Positions 9,769 through 19,870 are shown, counted from the first letter of the whole stretch. The stretch is 63,715 nucleotides of DNA, filler included, from Candidatus Desantisbacteria bacterium CG1_02_49_89 (GCA_001871075.1; 5 parts of 5 records of this genome joined end to end with filler, not necessarily neighbours in it), one strand, 5' to 3'. Program-made: numbers and translations. The notes: generated by a model from the sequence alone, not told the origin.

Positions 9769-10119
9769 TTACTCTTTTTTCCTTACGATCTCACGCAGAG
9801 CTTCCAGCTGGTTTTTCAGTTTATTAATGGTCTCTTTATATCCGTTTTCCCTTGGGTTAACCGGTTTAGGCTCGGGTTCAAGCTTCAGTTCCTTCCTGAG
9901 CTTTGATCTTGCGCCCGCAATGGTGTAGCCTTCATCGTAAAGGAGTTTCTTTATGCACAGGACCATCTTTACGTCTTCATTCCTGTAACGGCGCCTTCCC
10001 TTCTCCCTTTCCGGCTGCAAATGCTTGAACTCGGATTCCCAGTAACGCAGTATGTAGGATTTTATCCCGGTGAGTTTGCTCACCTCGGCGATCGTGTAAA
10101 ACAATTTTAGTTCTTCCAT
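9769..10119 (-). CDS. MerR-family transcriptional regulator
   Basis: YTIAEVSKLTGIKSYILRYWESEF..RRRY HTH; follows the HU/IHF gene as in the common ihfA-merR arrangement. Confidence 0.92.
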   Translation of the reverse strand: MEELKLFYTIAEVSKLTGIKSYILRYWESEFKHLQPEREKGRRRYRNEDVKMVLCIKKLLYDEGYTIAGARSKLRKELKLEPEPKPVNPRENGYKETINKLKNQLEALREIVRKKE

Positions 10120-10187
10120 ATTAACCTCTTTGTATGATTACAGTGATTGTAAAATAGATTACAGTGATTATTTAAATATCACCGTAA

Positions 10188-10460
10188 TCATTCATTTATT
10201 AACAAACGGAGCTCCGGGCTGGCGCGGAACGCGGGATATTTTTTCGCCTGCACCTGTATCCTTTCCCCGGTTTTCGGGTTCATCCCCCTGCGCGCCTTTT
10301 TATTCTTTATGTAGAACGTCCCGAAGCCCGAGAGTTTCACGTAATCCCCGCCTCCCATGGCGTTCGCTATCCCGGCAAGGAACGTATCCACCGCGGCTTT
10401 GGCAGCGTTATGCGTGAGCCCCGTCTCCATAACCTTTGCTATTATTTCTTTCCTTGTCAT
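10188..10460 (-). CDS. HU/IHF-family DNA-binding protein
   Basis: VKLSGFGTF..ARRGMNPKTGE..PAF motif. Confidence 0.93.
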   Translation of the reverse strand: MTRKEIIAKVMETGLTHNAAKAAVDTFLAGIANAMGGGDYVKLSGFGTFYIKNKKARRGMNPKTGERIQVQAKKYPAFRASPELRLLINE

Positions 10461-10474
10461 TTTTACTTCCTTGA

Positions 10475-10611
10475 TTACAGTGATTTCTAACTGATGATTA
10501 CGGTGATTATCAGAAGATGATTGCAGTGATTATAAATGAGATTTCGGCGATAAAGACAATTTAAAAAATAATTTACATCGCTGTCATCGTCTTCTTAAAT
10601 CGCTGCCATCA
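10475..10611. repeat. Nonamer GATTACAGT-family inverted tandem arms
   Basis: gattacagtgatt / gattacggtgatt ... atcgctgtcatc; family also at 10135, 16664, 21340, 31208, 48061 and 59101. Confidence 0.75.
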
Positions 10612-10616
10612 TTTTT

Positions 10617-11615
10617 TCAATGTTCGGGCTTGGCGTTCCGCATCATAAGCGCGCCGGCAACCGAGCGGGCCTTTCTTCCTCTGAAAAGCACGGCATAGAC
10701 CTGTTCTGTTATGGGCATTTCGATCCTGTGTTTCTTTGAAAGCTGGTATGCCGATTCTGTTGTGCGTATTCCCTCAACAACCATAACCATCCGGGAAAGC
10801 GCTTTTGCGGGGGTAAGCCCCTTCCCCAGCATCTCGCCGTAATTGCGGTTCCTGCTGTGCCTGCTGATGCAGGTAGTTATCAGGTCCCCGATCCCGGTGA
10901 GCCCGGCGAAGGTCCCGGGCTTTGAACCCATTGCTATGCCAAGGCGGGAGATCTCGTGCATGCCGCGCGTCATCAATGCGGCCTTTGTGTTGTCCCCGAA
11001 CCCCAGGCCGTCGCTTATACCGCAGGCAATCGCGATGATGTTTTTAAGCGCGCCTCCCAGCTCAACCCCGGCAACATCCGTATTTGTGTAAACGCGCAGG
11101 TTAGGGCCCAAAAAGACCTTCTGAACAATCCTTGCCTTTCTTATGTCTTTGCTTGCGGCAACAATGGCTGTCGGAATGCCGCGCACCACTTCTTCCGCGT
11201 GGCTGGGCCCTGATAGTATAACGACGTCATTCCGCGAGCCGGGAAGCTCCTCTGCTATGACCTCTGACATCCTCATCAGGGTCTTGTTCTCTATGCCCTT
11301 GGCAACACTTACAAGTATTTTCCCTTTCAGATCAAGCGGTTTCAGCTTCCTGCACAGGCTTCTTATTATATGCGACGGCACCGCGAGCACGAGCAGTTCC
11401 GCGCCATCAATAGCGGTTTCAATATCCGAAGTTATAAGTATGTCTTCCGGGATCCTGAAGCCCGGCACGAACCTGACGTTCTCCCTTTTTTTACGCAGGA
11501 CATCCGCGTATTCGGGGAAGAACTCCCAGAGCGTAACCCTGTACCCATTTTTATGCAGGTGCAGGGCAAGGGTTGTTCCCCAGCTTCCCGCACCCAGCAC
11601 AGCTATTTTTTTCAT
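10617..11615 (-). CDS. gpsA: NAD(P)H-dependent glycerol-3-phosphate dehydrogenase
   Basis: GAGSWGT, LSGPSHA, GVELGGALKN, GDLITTC.S.HSRN. Confidence 0.96.
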   Translation of the reverse strand: MKKIAVLGAGSWGTTLALHLHKNGYRVTLWEFFPEYADVLRKKRENVRFVPGFRIPEDILITSDIETAIDGAELLVLAVPSHIIRSLCRKLKPLDLKGKILVSVAKGIENKTLMRMSEVIAEELPGSRNDVVILSGPSHAEEVVRGIPTAIVAASKDIRKARIVQKVFLGPNLRVYTNTDVAGVELGGALKNIIAIACGISDGLGFGDNTKAALMTRGMHEISRLGIAMGSKPGTFAGLTGIGDLITTCISRHSRNRNYGEMLGKGLTPAKALSRMVMVVEGIRTTESAYQLSKKHRIEMPITEQVYAVLFRGRKARSVAGALMMRNAKPEH

Positions 11616-11712
11616 AAATACTCCGATGCAAACGGATTATTGCGGATGCAGACGGATAAAAGCATATCAGCCACGGATGAACACGGATGTACCCTTCATA
11701 TTTGAAAATATT

Positions 11713-12033
11713 TTAGCTTTTTTGGGGATTTTCCCATTCACCGCATTCCCTATCTTCGTCTAACCTTTTCTCAATATAATCACGATAATTCTTATCCGAC
11801 AAAAAGCTTTTTGCTCTTTTAAAAAATTGACCACTTAATTTTTCTGAAATAAGCCATTGCGACTCTGCAGATTTTTTATCATTTATGTCAATGTTAAATT
11901 CTGACAGAATCGCATTAACGTTATTAATAAACGAGGCTCTTGAAGAAATGCGATGCAGCGCCTTGATATAAAACTCTATTCCATCTGATACTACATAGAA
12001 ATTATATTTCCGCCCCTTGATAATAGTTTTCAT
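11713..12033 (-). CDS. Hypothetical protein (AT-rich cassette)
   Basis: 106-aa ORF co-oriented with neighbours; AGAGA-type RBS. Confidence 0.65.
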   Translation of the reverse strand: MKTIIKGRKYNFYVVSDGIEFYIKALHRISSRASFINNVNAILSEFNIDINDKKSAESQWLISEKLSGQFFKRAKSFLSDKNYRDYIEKRLDEDRECGEWENPQKS

Positions 12034-12061
12034 TAAGTATCTCTTTTTTGTTTATAAAAAA

Positions 12062-12871
12062 TTACTTCTTTTCATAATCTAACTTCAATTGCGTTGGTTC
12101 TTTAATAACTGCTGGTTGTTCTTTGTTTGTCCTAACTTGTTCAATAACATTATAGCTGTTATCTATTTTTACCGCTAATTTTGCGCCGTTGTCATCAAGA
12201 AATTTTGAGACTGTTTTACGGTTAAATTGGGGGATACCGAGTTGATACAGATCACTGCATTCCTCAAGCTCAAGAGTAAAAACAGGTATTTTTGTTTCAA
12301 CTAATTTCTTAGCCGTGATATAAGTCTTGGAACCTTTGGGCCCATAAGGAATAAAAACAATGTCGGCAAGCATACAGGCAATCCAGTTCCTTCTCATAAC
12401 GTTTTGGCGTGATTGTTTCTTGTCATCCGGTTCGCTTACGGAAAGCATAAGCAATTCGTTCTCTTTTGATCTTCTAAAAAATTCGTCTCTTTCCGGGAAT
12501 TTATCCAAGGGCGGATAAAATCTATCAAGCAAGTAGGATTCATAACTTTCCGATTCTAACCCTTTCGCTGAAAAAAGAGTCACGGTCGTGTTTTTTCGAA
12601 AAAGTCCCAATCTAAAAATTTCGGTTTCAATAATGGAATGCCAGCTTCCGATGTAGTTCATTTCATATTCTCTTATGGTGAATAAAAGCTGATTAGTTTC
12701 CATTAAAGTAACACCGCCGCTTTCGTCTGAACAAATCACAGCCATAGTAAATTTATTTAAAAAATTCAAAGGACCAGAATAATATAATTTTGGCTGGTTA
12801 TCAGGATTAAGACGTTTTGCCAATTTTTCAGAATAAGTTTTATCTTTTGGGGATATTATTTTATGTTCCAT
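12062..12871 (-). CDS. DprA/Smf (SLOG)-like protein
   Basis: LYYSGPLNFL..AVICS, GSWHS, RRNWIACMLADIVFIPY..KGSKT resemble the DprA Rossmann domain. Confidence 0.6.
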   Translation of the reverse strand: MEHKIISPKDKTYSEKLAKRLNPDNQPKLYYSGPLNFLNKFTMAVICSDESGGVTLMETNQLLFTIREYEMNYIGSWHSIIETEIFRLGLFRKNTTVTLFSAKGLESESYESYLLDRFYPPLDKFPERDEFFRRSKENELLMLSVSEPDDKKQSRQNVMRRNWIACMLADIVFIPYGPKGSKTYITAKKLVETKIPVFTLELEECSDLYQLGIPQFNRKTVSKFLDDNGAKLAVKIDNSYNVIEQVRTNKEQPAVIKEPTQLKLDYEKK

Positions 12872-12982
12872 AGTTTTCCTACCTCAGAATCTATTTCCTT
12901 TTCTATTTCAGAAATACCTGCATCTCTTTTAACACGATTATGCGCTTCTTCTGAAAGCTCTGCAAGCTTCATATGGATTTTA
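12856..12982 (-). CDS. 3' end of a gene truncated by the gap; resembles the C-terminus of type IIG / N6-adenine DNA methylase proteins
   Basis: Manual translation KIHMKLAELSEEAHNRVKRDAGISEIEKEIDSEVGKLWNIK*; overlaps the start of the next gene. Confidence 0.45.
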
Positions 12983-13082
12983 NNNNNNNNNNNNNNNNNN
13001 NNNNNNNNNNNNNNNNNNNNNNNNNNTTAATTAATTAANNNNNNNNNNNNNNNNNNNNNNNNNNNNNNNNNNNNNNNNNNNN
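12983..13082. other. Assembly gap with artificial TTAATTAATTAA linker
   Basis: 100-nt N run with a central all-frame stop linker. Confidence 0.97.
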
Positions 13083-13207
13083 ACACAGAATTTGCTAAAA
13101 ATTAAAGAACTGCCACCGACGATAAAGAGGTAAAAATAGGGCATTTTCACGCATTTTTCAGGTGAAGGTTTGAGTTACAGGAATCTAATTTTCTTTCAGG
13201 AGAGAAA

Positions 13208-13624
13208 GTGGTAATAACAAAGACGATCAAGGTAGACTCAAAGAAAGAGCTGGATATGATCAACATTACCGATAAGGTGCAGGACGCGGTCGGAAGATCC
13301 GGCGCCAAAACCGGGACCGTCACAATATTCGTGCCGGGCGCGACAGGTGCGATCACGGCTATCGAATACGAGAACGGCCTGTTAAAGGACTTCGCCGGCG
13401 CTCTTGAGAAGATCGCCCCGAAACACCTGGATTACGAGCACCACAAGAAATGGGATGATGACAACGGAAGGAGCCACGTGAAAGCAAGCCTGATCGGCCC
13501 GGATATGACAGTTCCGTTCAAAGATAAGAAGCTGATACTGGGAACCTGGCAGGCGATCGTTTTCGTTGAGCTGGACACCCGGCCCAGGGAGCGGGAAATA
13601 ATTTTACAGATACTGGGAGAGTAA
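13208..13624 (+). CDS. YjbQ / UPF0047 family protein
   Basis: FVPGATGAITAIEYE, HH..DDNGRSHVKASL.G, LGTWQ..E.D. Confidence 0.92.
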   Translation: MVITKTIKVDSKKELDMINITDKVQDAVGRSGAKTGTVTIFVPGATGAITAIEYENGLLKDFAGALEKIAPKHLDYEHHKKWDDDNGRSHVKASLIGPDMTVPFKDKKLILGTWQAIVFVELDTRPREREIILQILGE

Positions 13625-13901
13625 TAGTTTACAAAGTTTATATAGTTTACAGAGTTTACAAAGTATAAATCCGTGTTAATCCGTGGCTGAATATTTTTAA
13701 GTTCTCGTAAGTTCCCTGTAAAAATATCTTTTAACAGGGATCTTCGAGCGGGATTCAGACTACTATGATTTTAGCTTTTTAAATCTCTCTAAAATATTTT
13801 TATACTTTCCTCAAATCTTACAATCTTAAATCTCTCAATCTCACAATATTGTAATCCGTATGCATCCGATCTTTTAATCCGTTTGCATCTATGGGGATAA
13901 T

Positions 13902-14816
13902 ATGAAGAAATATGACGTAATCGGCGTGGGTTGCTGCGCGTTTGACTGCCTTATGAAGGTCTCAAAAAATCCGGGTCCTGACGAGAGGATCAGAGCGGGT
14001 GATTTCATTATCCAGGGCGGCGGCGAGGTCGGCACAGCCCTGGTCGCTGTTGCGCGCCTGGGCGGAAAAGCGAAATTCATAGGAAGGCTGGGGAACGATA
14101 ATTTCGGCGAATTTCTTATTGAAGATTTCAAAAGAGAAGGCGTTGACACAAGCAGCACGATACTTGAGAAAAGAAAAACCACAAGGTTCGCCTGCATACT
14201 TGTTGACGAAAAGACCGGGAAACGCGGCATCATTTATTCCGAGAAAGGCGTTCCGGGCGCTATGCCTTCTGATATCCGAGAATCTGAGATAAAGCAGGCA
14301 AAATATCTTCTTGTCAGCCAGGCATCCCCCGGCATAGAGGCGTCTTTGAAAGCCGCAAGGATAATGAAGAAAGCGGGCGGCACTGTTGTGCTGGACGCCA
14401 CAAAGATAATCCCGCAGACAAAAGAGTTCCTGCGCTTAAGCGACGTGATAATCGTGGACGAGGAATTCGCCTGCCTGCTAATAGGCGAGAAGAATTATTT
14501 CAGGTCCGCGCAGAAAATATTCTCAATGAAGAAAAAAGGGATAGTGGTTGTGACAGCCGGCACAAAGGGAAGCTTCTGTGTTTCTAAGGAAGGGAAATTC
14601 CACACGCAGGCCTTCAAAGTAAAGGCAGTAGATACCACTGGGGCCGGAGACGTGTTCCACGGTGCTTTCGCGCTGGGGCTTCTGCGCAAATGGCCCCTGC
14701 CCTACACGGCGAAGTTCGCTTCCGCGGTCTCGGCGATGAAGTGCAGGTCGCTTGGCGGCCGCGCCGGCATACCGAAACTTGCCGAAGTGAAGAAATTCCT
14801 TAAAATCAGCCACTGA
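13902..14816 (+). CDS. PfkB-family carbohydrate kinase
   Basis: GGGEVGTALVAVARLG, G.LGNDNFG, VDTTGAGDVFHGAF. Confidence 0.93.
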   Translation: MKKYDVIGVGCCAFDCLMKVSKNPGPDERIRAGDFIIQGGGEVGTALVAVARLGGKAKFIGRLGNDNFGEFLIEDFKREGVDTSSTILEKRKTTRFACILVDEKTGKRGIIYSEKGVPGAMPSDIRESEIKQAKYLLVSQASPGIEASLKAARIMKKAGGTVVLDATKIIPQTKEFLRLSDVIIVDEEFACLLIGEKNYFRSAQKIFSMKKKGIVVVTAGTKGSFCVSKEGKFHTQAFKVKAVDTTGAGDVFHGAFALGLLRKWPLPYTAKFASAVSAMKCRSLGGRAGIPKLAEVKKFLKISH

Positions 14817-14922
14817 GTGCACTGAGCTCACTGAGGGTTCTTGTGTAACTCAAACCTTCAGGTTTGATGTCAGGACTAAAGTCCTGAGTTACAGAATCTC
14901 AGTGAATTCAGTGGCTTCAGTG
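14811..14922. repeat. Nested element: CACTGAG nonamer arms enclosing a TGTAACTC..GAGTTACA REPIN
   Basis: cactgagtgcactgagctcactgag ... ctcagtgaattcagtggcttcagtg; inner 14844-14893 matches 22807-22856. Confidence 0.82.
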
Positions 14923-14959
14923 GCGAAAATTGCATTTATCTATCTTTAATGGAGTTGTA

Positions 14960-16666
14960 ATGAGTGAAGAAAAAATAGAAACAGTGGCGATGGAGACTTA
15001 CGCGAGGCGGAGCTTCAATTACCTGAATAACATGGTGGACAAGGACGGGCTGCCCTACTTCAATATTTTCTGGGCAGAGCCGTCCGAAGCCGCGCACGAC
15101 TGGCCTGATTTCGGGGACGTGATGTCCAGGCAGCTGCAGGCGGTAGTTATGGCAAGGCACATGACAGGCCAGGCGCTTCCGATGGAAAAGGTCTGGCTTG
15201 AAAAATCCCTTTCGCTTGTTGACCCGGGAACAGGGTTTCTTTACAGGCCGAAGACTAATTTTTCCGAACACGTGGCTGATATGGGAGACGCGGCCCTGAC
15301 GCTTTACGCCTACGTTACCGCTTACGCTGACAGTAAGGACAGCAACCTCAAAAAAATAATATGCAAAATGACGGATTCCCTGCTCAAGAAATACGAAGGC
15401 AACCTTTCCGAAGGAGCCGGGTTCTTAAGCGGTTTCACGATAAAGAGCCTGATGGCATGCGCGCGTTTCCTGGATTATGAACCGGCGCTCAAGCTTGCCG
15501 GAATGCTTGTTGACAAAGTTTTCAATGTTGAACCGCTTTTCAGCCCGGATAACACATTCAGGCACGGCGGGCACATGCACGGGAACCTGCGGACTCTTTC
15601 CGGAGCGGCAGACTGGGCGATTTACACGAAGGACCCTGTGATCTTCAGCCGTGTCGACGCTATTTACCGTTACGTCAGAACAACAGCTACAAGCTTCGGT
15701 TTCCTTCCTGAGGTCATAGGCAGGCAATGCGATATTATCGCGTGCGAGACCTGCGCCGTCATGGATTACCTGAGCACGGTTGTGACGCTTGCGAACCACG
15801 GACATCCCGAATACTGGTCTGACGCGGAAAAGATCGCGAGGAACCACATGATCGAAAACCAGGCAACAGACTGCTCCTGGCTTAAACCGGACAATTCAAA
15901 GGAAGACAGCCCTCAGTTCTCGTGGCGGGACGTGGACAAAAGGATGATCGGCGGTTACGCGGGATGGAGCTCCCCCAACCATATACTCGCGACAAGGGAA
16001 AGCCTGAACGCGCAGTGGGACACCCCCGAGACGCACGACAAGACACGGGCGTTCCAGAACTGCTGCGGCGGCTCAGGCACGCATGCGTTTTTCATTATTT
16101 GGAAGAACGCGTCCAGGTTTGACAACGGAACGCTTTCCGTCAACATGCACATAGACAAGCTCCTGCCCCAGGCAGAGATAAGAGGTTTCCAGCCGTACAA
16201 AGGCCTGCTTACGATATCACTGAAAGAATCCTGCAATGTGAGGGTAAGGATACCGGAATTTGTGAAGCCGAATGAAATGAGGGCGGAATCCGATAAGGGA
16301 AAGATCGAGCCCAGGCAGTGGGGCAATTATCTTGAGCTCGGAAAAAGAAACGCCGGAGAAAATCTGAAAATAACTTATCCCCTGCCGGTCTATACGGAGG
16401 AATTCTTAATAGGAAATCCGGGGTTCAAGCAGTACAAATACCGCGCGGCCTGGAAGGGCGACACCGTCGTGAAAATGGAGCCGCTTGGCAATGACTATAA
16501 AACGGGCTATTCGGATTTTGATAAAAAGGAAGTCCCTGTTTTCTACGGCAAGGAAGGCCCGGGTCCGCTGTACCAGAGAGATCATATGCTCAAGGACGCG
16601 CAGCCCGAACCGAGTGAGCTTTACATGGATACCAGCCCTCTTGATTTCTGGTTTATAAAAGACTGA
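14960..16666 (+). CDS. GH127-like (beta-L-arabinofuranosidase-like) glycoside hydrolase
   Basis: ACETCA and QNCCGG Cys motifs; C-terminal VRVRIPEF beta-sandwich; start moved to the ATG after GGAG. Confidence 0.65.
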   Translation: MSEEKIETVAMETYARRSFNYLNNMVDKDGLPYFNIFWAEPSEAAHDWPDFGDVMSRQLQAVVMARHMTGQALPMEKVWLEKSLSLVDPGTGFLYRPKTNFSEHVADMGDAALTLYAYVTAYADSKDSNLKKIICKMTDSLLKKYEGNLSEGAGFLSGFTIKSLMACARFLDYEPALKLAGMLVDKVFNVEPLFSPDNTFRHGGHMHGNLRTLSGAADWAIYTKDPVIFSRVDAIYRYVRTTATSFGFLPEVIGRQCDIIACETCAVMDYLSTVVTLANHGHPEYWSDAEKIARNHMIENQATDCSWLKPDNSKEDSPQFSWRDVDKRMIGGYAGWSSPNHILATRESLNAQWDTPETHDKTRAFQNCCGGSGTHAFFIIWKNASRFDNGTLSVNMHIDKLLPQAEIRGFQPYKGLLTISLKESCNVRVRIPEFVKPNEMRAESDKGKIEPRQWGNYLELGKRNAGENLKITYPLPVYTEEFLIGNPGFKQYKYRAAWKGDTVVKMEPLGNDYKTGYSDFDKKEVPVFYGKEGPGPLYQRDHMLKDAQPEPSELYMDTSPLDFWFIKD

Positions 16667-16773
16667 TTACGGTGATTATTAATATGATTACGGTGATTAA
16701 AAGCTTTAAGTACGAAAACACATAATTCCACGAAATAGACAGAAGTCGATTAAAATTGAAACACGGAACTTTC

Positions 16774-17607
16774 ATGAATACTAATACTCATATATATTAT
16801 TTTATGTTTGTAGGAGTAATAGCTTTTATCATGGTTTTTATCATACTTTTTGTTCTGCCTAAAATATTTAAAAATCAAGTAAAGCCAGACAACAGATCAA
16901 GACGTGAGATAAATGAAGAATATAGCAATCAACTGGAGGAATTTAGGAAGAGAGCAAGGCTGTTGAATGCTCAGAGATTAGTGGATTTTGATCCAAACGA
17001 CGCCAAGAATTGGTTAGCTTTAGGTTATGCTAAAAAAGAATGGGGAAAGTATGATGAATCCCTGGAAGCTTTAAAGAATGCTGAAAAGCTAAAACCGGAT
17101 GATCCGGATGTATTGAACGGGCTTGCAGAATTCCAGATTCTAAAAAGAGATTACGCAGAAGCGATCTGGAACTTACAAAAAGCTCTCAAGATCAATTCAA
17201 AATGCATTACGTATCTAAGCAATCTAGGTTTGGCATTCGCGGAACACCATGAATACGAAGAAGCAATCGATACAATTTTAAAAATATCCGAGATCGAAAG
17301 AAACGACGGGGACCTGTATAATCTCGGAAGGTCATATTCGGGGTTAGGCGAATATGACAAAGCGATAGAGAAGCTTGAACGCCTGGACACCGACACTACC
17401 AACTTCCCGGGCGTTTGGTATGAGCTTGCAAGGATATACGCGATAAGAAACGAGCTGTCTACGGCAATGATACATCTGGAAAAGGCGGTCAATTTAGACG
17501 GGAAATTCAAGGAAAAGGCAAAAGAAGACGAAGCGTTTAACAAGTTAAAGAACTCGGAATATTTCCTGAAGCTGGTTAATAATAATAATCAGGGCTCCCA
17601 CCTTTAA
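16774..17607 (+). CDS. Membrane-anchored TPR protein
   Basis: N-terminal TM segment; repeated TPR patterns (WLALG..Y..A, LSNLG..F, WYELARIYA). Confidence 0.85.
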   Translation: MNTNTHIYYFMFVGVIAFIMVFIILFVLPKIFKNQVKPDNRSRREINEEYSNQLEEFRKRARLLNAQRLVDFDPNDAKNWLALGYAKKEWGKYDESLEALKNAEKLKPDDPDVLNGLAEFQILKRDYAEAIWNLQKALKINSKCITYLSNLGLAFAEHHEYEEAIDTILKISEIERNDGDLYNLGRSYSGLGEYDKAIEKLERLDTDTTNFPGVWYELARIYAIRNELSTAMIHLEKAVNLDGKFKEKAKEDEAFNKLKNSEYFLKLVNNNNQGSHL

Positions 17608-17745
17608 AATTGGCGGGTCTTCGAGAAGCCCTGAGTTACAGATGCACGATGAACGATGAACGACGCACGATGTTACGAATTAAACTCTGACACGTTGATA
17701 CGTTGATACGTTGACACGAATTTAAAAAAGAGGGGGTGGTTTAAA

Positions 17746-18192
17746 ATGGAAATATCAGCATGGGTAATGTGGGTGGTGATCGCGGTGGTATTCGCGATTT
17801 TCGAAATGTTCACGTTCACGTTTCTGACCATATGGTTCGCGGTGGGAGCCGGAGTGGCGGCACTGCTCGCGTATCTGGGCCTGCATCCGGGTTACCAGTG
17901 GACGTCTTTCGCGGTTGTGGCTCTTGTACTGGTTGCTTTGACGCGCCGCGTTGCGCGCAGGATAACCAGTAAATTCCAGACAAAGGGAATAGGCTCGGAC
18001 CGGTTCGCGGGCCTGAGAGGGGTCGTCACGGAGGGCATAGATCCCGCCCTTAACAAGGGCAAGGTAAAACTCGAACGGGAAGAATATGAATGGCTTGCCC
18101 TGAGCGAGACAGGCGGGAAGATCAGTTCCGGCACGGAAGTTGAGGTTGAAAGACTTGAAGGAACGAAACTCATCGTAAAGGAGGTAAAATAA
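17746..18192 (+). CDS. NfeD-family protein
   Basis: N-terminal TM segments, C-terminal OB fold GKVK..EWLA; adjacent SPFH gene. Confidence 0.9.
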   Translation: MEISAWVMWVVIAVVFAIFEMFTFTFLTIWFAVGAGVAALLAYLGLHPGYQWTSFAVVALVLVALTRRVARRITSKFQTKGIGSDRFAGLRGVVTEGIDPALNKGKVKLEREEYEWLALSETGGKISSGTEVEVERLEGTKLIVKEVK

Positions 18193-18193
18193 C

Positions 18194-19090
18194 ATGGCTA
18201 TATTGTTTTTCTTTCTGGCAGTGGTCGTTATTTCGTTTGCCACGGCAAGTATCAAGATAGTGCGGCCGTGGGAGAAGGGCCTGGTTGAAACACTGGGCAA
18301 ATATCAGACAACCGTATCCAGCGGCCTGACAGTGCTATTTCCCATCACCCAGCACATGATGAAGGTGGATATGAGGGAGCAGGTCGTGGATGTCCCGCCC
18401 CAGCACGTTATCACCAAGGATAACGTCGCGGTGGAAGTGGACGCCGTTATTTATTACGAAGTGACAGACCCGGTAAGGGTGACGTACAACGTCGCGAATT
18501 ATTACGCCGCTATCACAAAACTTTCGCAGACAAATTTAAGGAACCTTATCGGAGACATGTCGCTGGACGAAGCGCTTACATCACGCGAGAAGATCAACAC
18601 GAAACTGAAAGAAGTGCTGGACGTTGCGACTGACAGGTGGGGAACAAGGGTTACAAGAGTCGAATTGCAGCGCATTGACCCGCCGGAAGACGTGACAAAC
18701 GCCATGCACAGGCAGATGAAGGCAGAGCGCGAAAAAAGAGCGGTGATCCTTGAGGCGGAAGGCGCGAAGCAGTCCGCGATACTGAAGGCTGAAGGAGAAG
18801 CAGGAGCGATAAAAACAGTCGCTGACGCGGATAAATACAAGAAGATCACCGTTGCGAAAGGCGAGGGTGAAGCGATCCAGACGGTTTATGACTCTATACA
18901 CAGCGGGAAGCCTACCAATGACCTTATCGCGATAAAATATCTGGAGACGCTTGAAAAGATCGCGAACGGAACAGCCACAAAGATATTCATGCCGCTTGAA
19001 ACCTCCGGAGTGCTGGGAAGCCTTGCCGGCATAAGAGAACTGTTCAAGGGCGAAAAGCCGGCAGTCAAACCCGAGGAACAGAAGAAGTAG
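18194..19090 (+). CDS. SPFH/band 7 (stomatin-like) protein
   Basis: VDMREQVVDVPPQHVITKDN, QMKAEREKRA. Confidence 0.95.
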   Translation: MAILFFFLAVVVISFATASIKIVRPWEKGLVETLGKYQTTVSSGLTVLFPITQHMMKVDMREQVVDVPPQHVITKDNVAVEVDAVIYYEVTDPVRVTYNVANYYAAITKLSQTNLRNLIGDMSLDEALTSREKINTKLKEVLDVATDRWGTRVTRVELQRIDPPEDVTNAMHRQMKAEREKRAVILEAEGAKQSAILKAEGEAGAIKTVADADKYKKITVAKGEGEAIQTVYDSIHSGKPTNDLIAIKYLETLEKIANGTATKIFMPLETSGVLGSLAGIRELFKGEKPAVKPEEQKK

Positions 19091-19117
19091 AGAACGCTTA
19101 TCGCATTTTGGGTAATC

Positions 19118-19220
19118 TGTCATTGCGAGCCGAAACCGCGAGCGAAGCGTGGCGGGCAAGCGAAGCAATCTCGTTAGGGGATTGCCTCCCCGCCACGAAT
19201 ATTGGCGGGTCGCAATGACA
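19118..19220. repeat. TGTCATTGCGA..TCGCAATGACA palindromic element
   Basis: Same termini and inner gaagcaatc/gattgc at 20274-20356, 28973-29039 and 42207-42291. Confidence 0.88.
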
Positions 19221-19375
19221 CAAGGATTGGAAGTCAATGGCATAGAAAATGCAAGTTTTTCCTAAAAAAGACGGAAAACTTGCATTTTTTATGTTACTTA
19301 TATAATATTTGAAATACTTGAATATATGGGAATAATAGCAAAGGGCATAAAAAAGAGCGGATTCCTCAATTTATA

Positions 19376-19403
19376 TTGACTTTTTGCAGTATTGGAGTAT
19401 ATT
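19376..19403 (+). promoter_or_regulatory. Possible sigma70-type promoter
   Basis: TTGACT-N16-TATATT upstream of the DUF1844 gene. Confidence 0.4.
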
Positions 19404-19549
19404 ATTATTTAATAGAGTAAAATATATTAAAGCCACAGAAGATACATGCCCGGCCTCCTGCTTCAACAGTCGCCTTTTCGGCGACCTGCCGAAGAGGCAT
19501 GGCGGGTTGCCATAAGGGCGACTGTGGTTTATCTTTTGGAGGTGCTTTT

Positions 19550-19870
19550 ATGGAAGAAGAACAGGAAGATAACCCGAACTACCAGTTTATGAGCCTTGTT
19601 TATTCCCTTTCCCAGACAGCCATGATGCAGCTGGGCAAGATCACAAACCCGCTGACCGGTAAAATGGAAAGAAACATAGTCCAGGCAAAAGCTACCATAG
19701 ACATGATGGAGATGTTAAAGGAGAAAACGAAGGGCAACCTGACAAGAACCGAAGAGAAGATGATACTGACCAACCTCAGCAACCTTTACCTTAACTACAG
19801 CGATGAGGTAAACAAGGAACCTGCCCAACCCGACAAGCCCGGCAGTGAAAAACAGGAAGAGAAAAAATAA
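19550..19870 (+). CDS. DUF1844-family protein
   Basis: FMSLVYSL..AMMQLGKI.NP.TGK..A..ID...L.EKTKGNL; start after GGAGG. Confidence 0.88.
   Translation: MEEEQEDNPNYQFMSLVYSLSQTAMMQLGKITNPLTGKMERNIVQAKATIDMMEMLKEKTKGNLTRTEEKMILTNLSNLYLNYSDEVNKEPAQPDKPGSEKQEEKK

Noticed and set aside
12871-13208. Strand switch as a replication origin
   Set aside because: Coincides with an assembly gap; no DnaA-box cluster or dnaA gene seen.
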